Shown: positions 12,596 through 24,361 of the stretch, in pieces
Layout of the letters: each line of letters opens with the position of its first letter
How positions within the stretch are numbered: position 1 is the first letter of the stretch
Assembly (NCBI RefSeq): GCF_011745625.1
Contig: NW_027191479.1
Span: forward strand, 62,001 to 126,000
Direction of reading: 5' to 3'
Source: Cladosporium halotolerans
Taxonomy: Eukaryota
Length of the DNA: 64,000 bases
The notes under the pieces: model-generated
The model's database searches: none
The model's input: the letters and a program-made list of their open reading frames with translations, nothing else
Told to the model about the DNA's origin: nothing
Program-made: the position numbers and the translations under genes

Positions 12596-13192
12596 ATGCT
12601 GAACGTCAAGGGCCTCACTGAGCTCTTGACGCAAAACACAGACAACAAACTCTGCAAGCGATGGTGGCTCATGACGCCCAATGGCACCCTCCTCGCCTAT
12701 AGCCAGCCTGCAAACACGCGAGACCTGCGCAACCAGGCGGCCATGATTGCTCTATCATGGCAGGAGCACGAGCTGGCTAAAATCCATGAGGCACACGACG
12801 CTGAGGATGAGGATCATGATCCCGCCGACTTTGTCGACCACATCCGTGCACTCACCATCGAAGGGGAGAAGAACAACATCATCGCCACTAGATTGCAGTC
12901 GCATATGCTTCTGGTGCTAGAGGGCGGCGTACCTCCTCGTCGACAAGGCTTCGAGCCCAAGACCACTGTGGAGGGAACAGACGACGACCAGTATCCGCCA
13001 GATGATCCCAACTTGACCATCAGCAAGGACGCCACCATTTCCTCGAGAGCAAGCAGCACAATCAGCAGTGCTGCCATCAGCGTGCTGCGGCTGCATCGCA
13101 AAAAGCTCGAGACCTTGGCTAATGCAATCATTGACGAATTCGAGCGGACCGGCTTCGAGATGCCTGAGGAGGGCGTTTTGAAGTTCTTCTGA
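12596..13192 (+). CDS. Roadblock/LAMTOR2-like protein
   Basis: N-terminus MLNVKGLTELLTQN...LMTPNGTLLAY...AAMIALSWQEH follows the LAMTOR2 pattern (MLRPKALTQVLSQ...LLNNEGSLLAY); C-terminal helix KKLETLANAI. Confidence 0.65.
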   Translation: MLNVKGLTELLTQNTDNKLCKRWWLMTPNGTLLAYSQPANTRDLRNQAAMIALSWQEHELAKIHEAHDAEDEDHDPADFVDHIRALTIEGEKNNIIATRLQSHMLLVLEGGVPPRRQGFEPKTTVEGTDDDQYPPDDPNLTISKDATISSRASSTISSAAISVLRLHRKKLETLANAIIDEFERTGFEMPEEGVLKFF

Positions 13193-13580
13193 GGACTCGC
13201 TTACGAGGATGACATTTCTACTATTGCATCTCGAATAACTCCGCGGACCCTTCGACATACTTCCAGGCACAAGACAATCGCAACTGGAAGATCTGCTGCT
13301 CCGGAAACCTAAGATGGTCATCCGTGATCCGCGTGCTGCAGCTGGCGGGGTACGGATTGCGGGGTCCTATGCTCTGGAGGTACCTCCATGGTATTGGCAG
13401 GCACTCACGCCTCTGCCACCACATCATGCAAGCTAGCCATGTTTTGGCACGCACTGGAGCTTCCGGGCAAACATTCTTTTGCCAGCCGATTTCGCTTCTG
13501 ACTCCTCCCTCTTCTTCCTCTTTCCCAACCGCAGCCCTCAATCCGACAACACACGCCACGCTTCCATCTACACTCCAATC

Positions 13581-15506
13581 ATGCCTCAAGTACAACCTTC
13601 CACCAACGGCCATGGTGCCCGTCCTAAGGTCCTTATACCGGAGAAAGTCTCGCCAGATGGCCTCAAGATGTTGCAAGCCTCTCTAGAGGTGCACGAACGC
13701 AAAGGACTCAGCCCTGAAGAGCTCGAGAGTATAATAGGCGACTACGATGCACTCATTGTCCGCAGTGAGACGAAGGTCACCGCGTCCCTTATGAAGGCAG
13801 GCAAGAGATTGCGGGTGGTCGCTCGCGCTGGCGTGGGCGTCGACAACGTTGATTTGGAAGCAGCTACTAAGCTGGGTGTCATTGTAGTAAACAGCCCTCA
13901 AGGTAACATCAACGCTGCAGCTGAGCACACCATCGCCTTGCTCATGGCAGTTGCACGAAACATCGGCACAGCTTCCTCAAGCTTGAAAGATGGCAAGTGG
14001 GAGCGCAGCAAACTTGTAGGCGTGGAAGTCAAGGGCAAAACCCTCTCAATAATCGGTCTGGGTAAAGGTGAGAATAGCCCCAGGCTGTAATTCTACCGCC
14101 ACATGACTGATCAGGATATTAGTGGGCTTGACCGTTGCAAGAGCCGCCGGCGGCCTTGGGATGAACCTCCTAGCCTTCGATCCATACGCCAACCCGTCTC
14201 TGGCTGCGTCGGCAAATGTCGAGATCGTCGACACGGTGGACGAGCTGTTGGCTCAAGCAGACTTCCTGACACTCCACACGCCTCTCATCGCCTCCACAAA
14301 GGGTATGATCGGGGAAGCTGAACTGGCTAAGATGAAGCCCACTGCAAGGATATTGAACGTGGCCCGCGGCGGCATGATCGATGAAGCTGCCTTGCTGGCT
14401 GCACTGGATGCTGGAACAATCGCGGGAGCAGGTATTGACGTGTTCACTTCTGAACCGCCCAAGCCAGACGACCCAGCGAGCAGACTGATCGCTCATCCTA
14501 AGGTTGTTGCAACACCTCATCTTGGCGCCAGTACCGCTGAGGCTCAAGAAAACGTCTCCATCGATGTCTGCACCCAGGTGCTCTCGATCTTATCCGGCCA
14601 GTTGCCACGAAGTGCAGGTAAGCCAACAGCGCTTCCCACCTACAACCGACCCCCCACTAATACCTCCCAGTCAACGCCCCCGTCATCCTCCCCGAAGAAT
14701 ACCGCACCCTAGCCCCCTTCGTCTCGCTCCTCGAAAAAATGGGCTCCCTCTACACCCAACACTTCGCGCCACCCGGCAGCCCCACAGCCGGCGCCCGCCC
14801 CAGCTTCGACGTGACCTACGAAGGCGCGCTGGCCAGCGCCAACACCACCAAACCCCTCTTCGCCGCCCTCCTCAAGGGCCTCCTCTCCCCCATCACCTCC
14901 GCCGAATCCCTAAACATCAACCTCGTCAACGCCGAGATCCTCGCGCGCGAGCGCGGCATCCGCATCAACGAGTCCCGCTCCCGCGACAACGTCGAGCAGG
15001 AAGGCTACTCGAGCTCCGTGACGCTGCGCGCGCGGCGGGACCCGCGCTCGCCCTCCGCCAGCCGCGGCAGCGGCGCCCCGGACTACGTGCGCGCCGGCGG
15101 CGGCGGCGACGAGCTCGCGGACAAAGTGATCGCGGGCTTCGTGTCGGGCAACACGCCGTACATCTCTCGCCTCGGCCGATTCCGGACATCTTTCGTGCCG
15201 GCGGGCACGCTGTTGATTTGCAGGAACTACGACTCGCCGGGCAAGATTGGCGTTGTGGGCGGAAGGTTGGGCGAGGCGGGCGTGAACATTCGGTTCATGA
15301 GCGTGGCGCCGATTGGCAAGGCGGAGGACGAGGATGGGAGTGGGGAGGGGTTGGCGAAGGTGGATAGTCTGATGGAGCAGCGTGGAGGGGAGAAGGAGAA
15401 TGAGGCGCTGATGATTCTGGGGGTGGAGGGGGAGGTTGGCGAGGGGGTTAGGAAGAGCTTGATTGGTGTTGAGGGCGTTTTGGAGGCTGGTGTGGTTGTG
15501 CTGTGA
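13581..15506 (+). CDS. D-3-phosphoglycerate dehydrogenase, type I (long form with ASB and ACT domains)
   Basis: [83 protein letters not shown]; introns 14068-14122 and 14618-14670. Confidence 0.9.
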
Positions 15507-15690
15507 GGCTTTGATGGCAATGCCACGATTTTCGTAATACTGACCGAATCATGAATGGCTCTCCACATACTCTCTTCAGAAAGCACTTTGAAATTAGATT
15601 ACACTATCTGTGCGCTCTACAATGCTTTTGCTAATGCTATAATTAAATCATGCACAATCTTATCCAGAATGCATTACCCATACATTGTAA

Positions 15691-18600
15691 CTAGTACTCA
15701 TCGCTGTCGTACTCGTCCTCCGGTAGCAGAGCGCGGTACCTTCGGCTTGCAAGGTCCTGCTCCAGCCCGCCGTCGGTCTCCGGGTCTGCGTACTCTGTAG
15801 AGATTGTTAGCAGTGGACATCACAAACGCGAAGAGAAGTAGCAAGACTTACCCGTTCCACCAATAAAGCTCAGCGCCACCGGCAAGAAAACCAACGCGTG
15901 CAACGCCGCCCACACGACGAGCGACAGCCAGACGCGGAAGTAGTAGATTTCGAAAATCTTGCTGCGGGTGAAAGCGAGCACGAAGACGCCGAGCAGCTTC
16001 GTGACGGTGATGCCGGAGAAGACGGAAGCGCCGACGTTGACGAGCGCGGCCCAGGCGCGCGCCGTGCTGCCGCCACGAGCGAATTGGCCAGGGGCGCGCT
16101 CGAGGATCGAAGGCGAGGGAACGGTGAAGGCGCGCGCGATGTGGGCGCAGAATTCGACGGCGATGCCGACGCAGATGACGATGTTGACGAGCGAGACGGC
16201 GTTGAGGGAGACGCCGACAACGCTCATTGTGCCGACGATGTCGACGACGGTCATGAGGACGGTGAGGGTGACCGTGAAGCCTGTGGCGAAGGAGCCGAGG
16301 AGAACGGTGGTGAGGAGAAGGATGAACACCAGGGCAGCGCCGACGAGTTTCATTGACAGCTGCACGATGGTGGCGTATTGATCGAAGAAGATGTAGAACT
16401 TGCTGTACGGAAAGACTTCGATGTCGTTATCCGCAGAGATATCATCTGCGATGCGACGTGCGGAAGCATATGCGTCGATGAAGTCCTTCTGAGACTTGAG
16501 AGCTGTGTGCGCAGTGCGGAAGTGGCTGGCCGGGATTGTAAGGCGGTCTGCATCGTACACCACAGCGTCTGCGTAAGCAGCCTTGCCAGCAAGTGGGCAA
16601 TCCTCAATGCTGGTGTCATTGAGCCAGCGGCCAAGGTAGTGGATGAATTCGCTACCCTCCGGCATGCCCTCCATTGTGACGCTCCACGGAGGATTGTGGC
16701 CTTCGTAGCAGTTAGAGCTGCCGTCCACGCAGCAAGTGTCCAACTCTGGGTCCAGATACTTCAGGAAATCGTCAATCCAGCTTGCCGTGGCATCGGAGAT
16801 GTAAGAGACATCCTCGCGCTTACGCTCCTGCTCGAGAATGTTCGAGACAGAGAACTGATTGCAAGTGGAGAAGCGAGCACAAAGCTCACGCTGGTGCTTG
16901 CGCTCGGTGACGTTCAGCTCACGAGTGACGAAGTAAACAGGCGGACCAGCGTCGAAGTAGGCGTAAAGATCGTTGAAGTAGGGAATCAAGTAGCTGTCAC
17001 CAGGAATGGCAATCCTCTGGTCAAGGCCCAGTTCGACCTCGGGCAGCAGCGCAATGCCAGCTGCGAAGAAGCCGAGGAAGATTGTGATGATTCCAACGCG
17101 AGTCTTGTTGCCGAGGATGGCAGGCGCGTATTGCTTTCTAATGAATCGCGACAGCCAGCCTTCTTCGTCGACGCCGCTGAAAGGAGCTCCTCCGTAGCCA
17201 CCGGGCATACTGGACGGTGTTGCACCTGAGATTTTGGCACAAGGGAAACAGTCTGCCCGGCCAGCTTCCACGCGCTGCTGGTTCAGAGAAAGCACTGCAA
17301 CAAACATGGTAACTTGCAGCAGGGCATTGATGAAGACGGCACCAGCAGCGTAAGCAGCAAAATTGCGTACGGCAGGCATACCGACAGCCGCTCCGAGAGA
17401 AAACGCAACAGTTTCCGTCAGGGCAGAAAGCAGGATCGAGGGACCCATGCGACCCAAAGCGCGAGCAACACGCTCTTCCGATGGCTCATCGGCATGGCTG
17501 ATGTTCACTCGTTCGAACTCATGAACGATCAGGAAGATGTTGTCCACACCCACAGCCAGTACGAGGAAAGGAATAACTTCGGCAATTATGAGCGTAGCCT
17601 TCACGCCGACAGCGGCAAACAAGCCGACGCTGGCAGAGACGGACATGAGGACAATCAAAATGCCAACCACGCCGAGGAGGAACTTGCTCTGCACGAGAGC
17701 GGCAGACGGGTTTCGTAGAACGGTGCTGACGGTGACTGTCGTGCTACCGAGAGCGAGTGATGCGTAAATGAACATGACGATGTAGCTGATCACGACGATC
17801 TTAGCGTCGGTGTTGGTGTTCTTGTTGAGCTCCTGCTCCAGCGAGATCTCCGTGTTGAAGCTGAGGCGCAGACCGCGTTCCTTGGCCTCTTTTTGAACAT
17901 CCAACATGAGGCGATTCATGCTTTCCTCCCACTCCTCTGCTTTCTCCAGACCCGGGTCGCCAGGGTTGAAGCCCTTCACAACCCACGTGGTAATGAGAGC
18001 TTGCGCATCCGATACATGCTCACTGGTACGGTTGTATCCACCAAGCACACGCTCAACAGGAATAGGCTGTCCGAAATCAGGCCTGCAGTCCACAGGCTGG
18101 TCCGCGCAGTGTTGCAGATCCTCTTTCCAAGTCTTGGGATCGATGGCCGAGAAATCATCGCCCTGCGACTGGAAGTATCCAGTAATACTCTGGATCACAC
18201 AAGCGTCACCAGTAGGCTTGTAGCAGACATCTTGGAAGGTGTAGCCATGACCAAGACTCTTCTGCATGCGGACTCTTCGCTCTACATCGTACCACCAACC
18301 GATTGTGTCGTACGTCAGGACTGGGCCAGGGTGCTTGGGGTCTGTGTCATTGACAAGGAACACCTGCTCGGCGCGGAAGAAGGGACCAAAGTTCGTGTCG
18401 AAGAAGTGCTTCTCCTCGGCGGCAGCGGAATCCGGCGATACCCACAGCTTTACAGGATCCGTCTCGACTGCGAATCGCAGCCAGCCCAGGCTGAGCAAGC
18501 CGACAACAATGATGCTGGAGAAGATGGTGATAGCGGGAAACTGGGCGCACATCCGGGCCAGGCCACTGAATGCGCGATCACAGTATGTGTTCAGGATATA

Positions 18601-19587
18601 CTGCTTAGTCGGGCGTTCGGTGAAGCCAGCTTGGTGGACCATGTCGCCCTCATCCTCATCTTCGCTCGCGTTCGCATCCTGGAGCAGCTGCAGGCGCTCG
18701 TTCTTACTCTTTCGGTGCTTCGCCGCTGCGACGTGCCCAGTGACAGCAAGAATGAGCAAGGCGATTATCGCGGAGTATGCGACAATGATGCCGAAGCTCA
18801 GGCAGGGCAGTAGTCCGACATGGCACTCCTCCTTTGTTTCAAGCTCAGGTAGCTTTGGGCAGCTTCCAGGGCAATCGACACAGGCACACTTGTAGCGCTC
18901 ATCGGTGCTGTTGCAAGGCTTTGGGTCGTCCAACACGGGCTCCATGCCAGCAAAGTCATCCGGTGCCGGGAAGTTAATCTGGAACGGGCTGCCCAAGAAC
19001 GGCCTCTTGTCGCCCAGGAACTTCAACAGCTGAGCGTAGTTCTTCGCGCCGCCACCGATCAAGTCAATGGCCTTGCCGCCAGTAGCGCCAAACTTCACAT
19101 CCTTGCAGCTGTCGTAGAAACCCGTGCCATACTCCTTGCTGACCAATTGGTCAAGCTCCGTAACCAAGTATTTGTCGCCCTTCTCTTCCGTCTCGGTGAC
19201 GTTCACGAACAGAGACTGATCCGGCGAGCAGGTGAAAGTGCAGAAAAGATCGAAGAAATTCTTCTTGCAGGCAGGGCATGCGGAGATGATGTTCTGGGCG
19301 CGCTGCAGATTGCTTTGGAGCGCGTCGACCTGCTCCTCCGTACAGCAGACCTTGGTGTCCTTCCACTCATCGCCGCATACCGAGACGATCTTGTCTCTCA
19401 AATCGTTGTCCGGCGATTCGGCGAGTCCATTGTCGGGGCAGGGAAGTTCTGAGCCAAAGAGCGATTGCTTGCCACAGTGTCCGCGGATAGCGCAGCGGCC
19501 TGCTTCGTGTTTGTCGGTCGTCGGACTACCGCTCGCTGCCAAAGCCGAGCCCAGCAGCAGTGGCGCCGCCCATAATGGCGCCCTCAT
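15691..19587 (-). CDS. NCR1: Niemann-Pick C1-like sterol transporter
   Basis: Signal peptide, Cys-rich NTD (CPACKKNFFDLFCTFTCSPDQS), sterol-sensing domain EVIPFLVLAVGVDNIFLIV, GIAVEFCAHIARAF; last intron 15795-15851 gives the tail EYADPETDGGLEQDLASRRYRALLPEDEYDSDEY*. Confidence 0.95.
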
Positions 19588-20143
19588 CACACGTCGGTTG
19601 GTGCAGTAATCGCGAAGCACCCAGATGTAAAGTCCACTGTAGTTTTGCCGAAGGGGTGAAGGTGGGTGTAATGGACTGAGATGCTTGGTACAGCAAGGCG
19701 CGGAGTCAAGGCGACGGACCTCACGCGATAGCGGCAATCGCTCCCAGATGGAGCTTCCAATTCCAGGCTCTCACCATCGTCATCGGTGCTTGCCCCAGCC
19801 TCTCTCCGCACGCCGCCAGCCGAGCCGCTGCCGCCGAGCCTCAGGTACAAACGGGTGAGATGCTGGTCTGAAGAAACATGGATTATATGGCAGCACTGGC
19901 ACTTGGAATATCACATTTCCGCAGCGACTCAAGCAGAGTTCGTTGCGATTTATCGTGTGAAGCATGCCACGTACCCAGCATGAAGCTGCCTGCCAATTGG
20001 CATACACTCTTTGTCTGATGATATGGTAAGGACGAGACACTGCAATGTCAACTAATAAAAGAAGGTCATGACAACGCCCCTCCCCATTCTTCCGTACTAC
20101 TCTATCTCACAGCTTCGAGCCAAGGGAGTCACTCTTCAAATCC

Positions 20144-20788
20144 TCACAACTTCCCCGCCTGCCCTCCCTGCTCAAACCTCTTCTCCGCCTCCTCCCAGTT
20201 CACCACGCTCCAGAAAGCCTTAATGTAATCAGGCCTCTTGTTCCTGTACTTCAAGTAGTACGCATGCTCCCAGACATCGAGCCCCAGCACCGGCCAGCCC
20301 GCCGCCTCGCCCACAACCTCCTCGCCCATGAGCGGGCTATCCTGGTCCTTCGTCGTGACGACAGCCAGCTTGCCCCCGCGCAGCACAAGCCACGCCCACC
20401 CAGAACCAAACACGCTCGTCGCCTTCGCCTCGAACTCCTTCCTGAAGGCCTCCTCGGACCCGAACGTGCTCTCGATCGCAGCCCTCAGCCGACTGCCGGC
20501 CTTGAGCTCCGTGCCGACCTTCAGCCCGCGCCAGAAAAAGCTGTGGTTCGCGTGGCCGCCGCCCTGGTTGCGGACGGCGCGGCGGGCGGGTTCCGGGACG
20601 GAGGCGAGCTTGCCGACGAGATCGTCTACGGCGAGGGCGGAGAGGTCGGCGTGCGGCGCGAGGGCGGCGTTGAGGTTGTTGACGTAGGTCTGGTGGTGGC
20701 GCGAGTGGTGGATTTCCATCGTCTCGGCGTCGAAGTGGGGTTCGAGGGCGGCGTAGGAGTAGGGGAGGGGCGGGAGGGTGTAGGCCAT
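20144..20788 (-). CDS. Mn superoxide dismutase, bacterial SodA-like, 214 aa, intronless
   Basis: [70 protein letters not shown]; Mn-type GGG and QD residues. Confidence 0.95.
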   Translation of the reverse strand: [214 protein letters not shown]

Positions 20789-21316
20789 TGTTGCTTGTGT
20801 GATGGTTGTTTGGGACTTGGTGTGGCTGCGAGTGTGTGTGAGCTTTGGTGAGTGAGAGCTCGGGTTGATGATCGATTGACTACTGACCTTTTGGTTGTAG
20901 CTCTTCAATTTGTTTGTCTCACTACCGTCGATTGTGTTGTAGTGCCAGAGTGACTGCAATCGATTGAAAGAGGGGTAGGTTCCTGCGAAGTGGCGGCGCC
21001 ATCATGGTAGGACACCTGAAGCGCGCATTTGAGCAAGTTTGGCCCACCAGCGCACGAGCACGTCAGCATGGCGACAACCACACCTCTGCTGCCGAGGAGG
21101 TCGTCGAAGCACGTGGGATTGCCCTGTCATGATATGGCAATCAACTATACGGTGAAGGTAATCATTCATAGGAAGTATACACGCTAAAGGAGGTCATAAG
21201 AAAAGCCAGCCAGCCGCGGCTCACCCAAAACGCCCATAATCGTTCAAAAGAAAGCGAAATGCCATCTTCTCAGGTCTTATTCAGCACCAACCGCCCTTCG
21301 TCTTCTCCTCTCCCCT

Positions 21317-24181
21317 CTACTCCGTATCGCTCAAGCCCTCCCAGGGCAGCTCATCGCTCTCGTCCCCGCTGTACTCTTCCTGCAAGCCCTCCGGGACATC
21401 AGGAGCGCTGCGTCCGATCCTGCCAGCGACCTCAGCGGGCTCCATGCCGATGGACTGCAGCGTCTCCTCAATCTCCTGTTCGGCGTTGCTCTGCTCGGCT
21501 GCACCTGAAGTCTTCTGCTCCGCAGCAGCGCTGCCGAGGTTCGCCTTCTGGCCCTCGACGACGTCGTACAAACGGTAGACCATGTCGCTGCGCCTCTCAA
21601 CCTCGGCAGTCAGCTTAAGGATGTCCGCGTGCACACTGACGCGCCTGCGACGGCCGAAAGCCGGGTCGTGGGCGTCGTACTCGGCTTCCTTCTGCGCGAG
21701 CTGGAGTTTGAGGTGAGCGACTTCGTCTTGCAGCTGTTTGAGCACATGGGCCAGAGCGAGGTGTGGAGCCCAGTCCGGGCGGAGAGTGGCGTCTTCACCG
21801 AGCTCGCGGGTCGAGACGGGAACTGGGAGAGGGACGTCGATGTGTTTGCCGTTGGCTTCGGTGCAGATGGTGCATTCTCCGGTCTTGTGGTTGGACGAGG
21901 CGATGATCTTTGCGCCGGGCTGGGCGGAGGCGGAAGCGTGCATGGTGATGTCGGGGATGATGAAGGCGGACGTCTCGCCCTCTTCGTGCTCTTGTTCGGC
22001 ACGACGGCGACGGCGGGAAGCGGTGCTCATTACCGAGACGTCCTCATCTTCGACTTCAGCATGCTTGTTGGCAAGGTTGCCAGTATCCTCAGAGATCTGA
22101 GGCGATTGGACGCGGACAGTCTTCATGGCCTTCTGGATCTCGTTGTCCCCGTGAAGGCTCAGGCGCCCAGTAGCATCCATACGAAGGCCAGTAGTGATAT
22201 CCTTCAAGGATGACTTACGACGGACGCCAGACTGTGCAGCTTTCTGAGGTAGAGTCCGCTCACGCTCAGACTCCAAGGGCGCAGAAGAGTGCCTCTTCAG
22301 GCCGATCTTTCTCCGCGACTCCTCCAGGACCTTCCTAATGTCTCTTGCGCTGAAAGTCGCCTGGCTGAGCGAAGTCAAATCAGCGGTGTCATCCTCCTGT
22401 TGTTGTTGGCCCTGGGTAGTCGAAGGAAGAGTCATGTCGCGGATCGACTTGCGTGTCTTCGTGGCGTTCTCGAGCTCGTCTTCAGACTCAGCCTCGCTGG
22501 CGGAGTTCTCGGTAGGCGCAGACACAGCACGACGAGTGGTGCTGGACGCAGACATTCCTCGTCCATTCTTCGGCTTCGTTTGGCCACCGATGCTAGACCT
22601 TGGTCGGTCGATCTTGGAGGCAAGCGAAGATGCACGCTGGTGCCGCGAAAGCTGCGTCTTTGCTCTAGTAGTCTGGATCCTCTGGAGCTCGCGCTCAACC
22701 AGCTGAGCAATACTGTCGCGCGCCCTGTCGTCCAATTGAGAGAACGAGAAGTCCTTCGTCTGGACATCGGGCAGCTCTTGGGTCGACCCAGCCCTGCTTT
22801 GCTGAGTTGTGTCTTGCTGCAGCGAGCTGCGCTTCTTCTTCTGCTTCTTCTCTTTCATCTCAAGCGTGAGGTCCTGAAGTTCCTTCGTCGGCATCTGCAG
22901 CGTCGGATCACTCTTCTTCGCCTTCGCCACAAGAGCTTTCAACCCGCTGTTCTCCTCTCTCAAAATCGTCACAATCTCCTCCAGCTCCTCATTCTCCTCC
23001 CGCAGAGTCGTGTAGCCCTCCCGGAAAACCTCATTCTCCGCCTTGACCTCCTCAAGCTGCGCCTGAACATCCGCCCTCTCCTGCGTCACCCTCCTCACCG
23101 CGATCTCCTGAACACTCGCCTGGCGCTCGGCCTTGGCAAGACGCTCCTGGAGGGCCTTCGCCTGCGTCTGCAGCTGCGCCCGCTCCCTGCGCCACTTCTC
23201 CTTCGCGCCCTCGTCCTCGGACCCAAGCCCGCTGTCCGGGCGCCGCATGCGCTGCTCGACTTCCAGCTGCGAGCGCAGCTCCGTGATGTATGCCTCGTAG
23301 TCTTCGGCGTTGCGAGCCGATTCCGCCTGCTCGGCTTCAAGCTGTGCGATCTTCTCCAGCGCCTGCTGCAGGCCGGCGTAGACTTGCTTTGCGTCTTCGG
23401 GGACGGGGACGCCGTCCAGCGTCAGGTGGGCGGGAGCGGTGCTCCGCGAGGGCATTCTATAGGTCGCGGAGGGCGTGAAGCGCGAGCTCTTCTTCGACGA
23501 GCGAGGCATGGCTGGCGTGCCGCCGATGAGCGCGGTCATGCCGTCGATGTCCGGGATGAGGAAGGAGTCTGTCGGGTGCGAGCCGGTGTTCTTCTGTGCG
23601 TACTTGGTGCGCGCTGGATCTTTGCTCTCCTGGTTGGAGCCTTCGAGGGTGGAGCCCGAGAGGATGCGGGCGCCGTTGTTGGCTGTGGGTTGCTTGAAGC
23701 GCGTGAAGCGCGTGTTCCTCGCGGGGACTGTGACCGTGGGTTGTGTGATGTCGCCGATGGTGCTGTCGTTGTTTGCGTGTCCCTTTAGGGCGTCCGCGAG
23801 GGTCCCCTGCTTCCTGCCGCCGAAACTGGCCGAGCGCTTTACGCTCTCGTTGGCTCTGGCGGCCTCAGATGCTTTCCTGGCCGTCGCGTCTTTCCTCAGC
23901 AGACTATCGTTTTTGCGGATGCTCGCGTCGCGCGGTCTCAAGGGGGGCGTGCCGGTCATCTCGTATTGCTGGTCGCTGCCGAAGGTAAAGATCCCGTCCT
24001 CGCTGAGTTCCTCCTCTCTGGCGACGCGCTTGACGCCGCGGCCGACCTCGATGCTCATGTCGGCGCTGCCCTGCGTGTTCTCATCGAAGGTGACGGTGGA
24101 GTGAAGGGCCTCGTTGTGCGGGTCGAAGCTTGAAGCTGTGTGGTATTCGCTGCTGAAGCGGCCACTGGCAGAGAACGCCAT
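21317..24181 (-). CDS. Spindle pole body coiled-coil protein, Ppc89/Cep57-like
   Basis: Central coiled coil; C-terminal DATLRP..P..ALAHVLKQLQDEVAHLK...HDPAFGRRRR...SDMVYRLYDVVEGQK and ELPWEGL; start codon inferred. Confidence 0.75.
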   Translation of the reverse strand: MAFSASGRFSSEYHTASSFDPHNEALHSTVTFDENTQGSADMSIEVGRGVKRVAREEELSEDGIFTFGSDQQYEMTGTPPLRPRDASIRKNDSLLRKDATARKASEAARANESVKRSASFGGRKQGTLADALKGHANNDSTIGDITQPTVTVPARNTRFTRFKQPTANNGARILSGSTLEGSNQESKDPARTKYAQKNTGSHPTDSFLIPDIDGMTALIGGTPAMPRSSKKSSRFTPSATYRMPSRSTAPAHLTLDGVPVPEDAKQVYAGLQQALEKIAQLEAEQAESARNAEDYEAYITELRSQLEVEQRMRRPDSGLGSEDEGAKEKWRRERAQLQTQAKALQERLAKAERQASVQEIAVRRVTQERADVQAQLEEVKAENEVFREGYTTLREENEELEEIVTILREENSGLKALVAKAKKSDPTLQMPTKELQDLTLEMKEKKQKKKRSSLQQDTTQQSRAGSTQELPDVQTKDFSFSQLDDRARDSIAQLVERELQRIQTTRAKTQLSRHQRASSLASKIDRPRSSIGGQTKPKNGRGMSASSTTRRAVSAPTENSASEAESEDELENATKTRKSIRDMTLPSTTQGQQQQEDDTADLTSLSQATFSARDIRKVLEESRRKIGLKRHSSAPLESERERTLPQKAAQSGVRRKSSLKDITTGLRMDATGRLSLHGDNEIQKAMKTVRVQSPQISEDTGNLANKHAEVEDEDVSVMSTASRRRRRAEQEHEEGETSAFIIPDITMHASASAQPGAKIIASSNHKTGECTICTEANGKHIDVPLPVPVSTRELGEDATLRPDWAPHLALAHVLKQLQDEVAHLKLQLAQKEAEYDAHDPAFGRRRRVSVHADILKLTAEVERRSDMVYRLYDVVEGQKANLGSAAAEQKTSGAAEQSNAEQEIEETLQSIGMEPAEVAGRIGRSAPDVPEGLQEEYSGDESDELPWEGLSDTE

Positions 24182-24343
24182 CTCGGCGGCTGTTGAGTGA
24201 TATTCGCCGGTTGCAGCCAGAGTGTGTAGATGCTGCGAGCCAGTCGATATGCTGCTGTTAGTACTGTTGTGTTTGCCGGAAGAGTGCGGTCGGAGCACGA
24301 ATGGTTGTAAGTTCAGTCGGCAGCGACTTCCGTCGTTGTTGTT

Positions 24344-24361
24344 GATCGCGTCTAGTAAACA
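24344..24361. promoter_or_regulatory. MCB-like (ACGCGA on minus) plus forkhead (GTAAACA) motif upstream of the Ppc89-like gene
   Basis: gatcgcgtctagtaaacaaa about 170 bp upstream of the ATG. Confidence 0.4.

Noticed and set aside
14068..14090. Intron-retained PGDH frame ending in PRL (PTS1-like)
   Set aside because: It would truncate the enzyme inside the Rossmann fold; likely chance.
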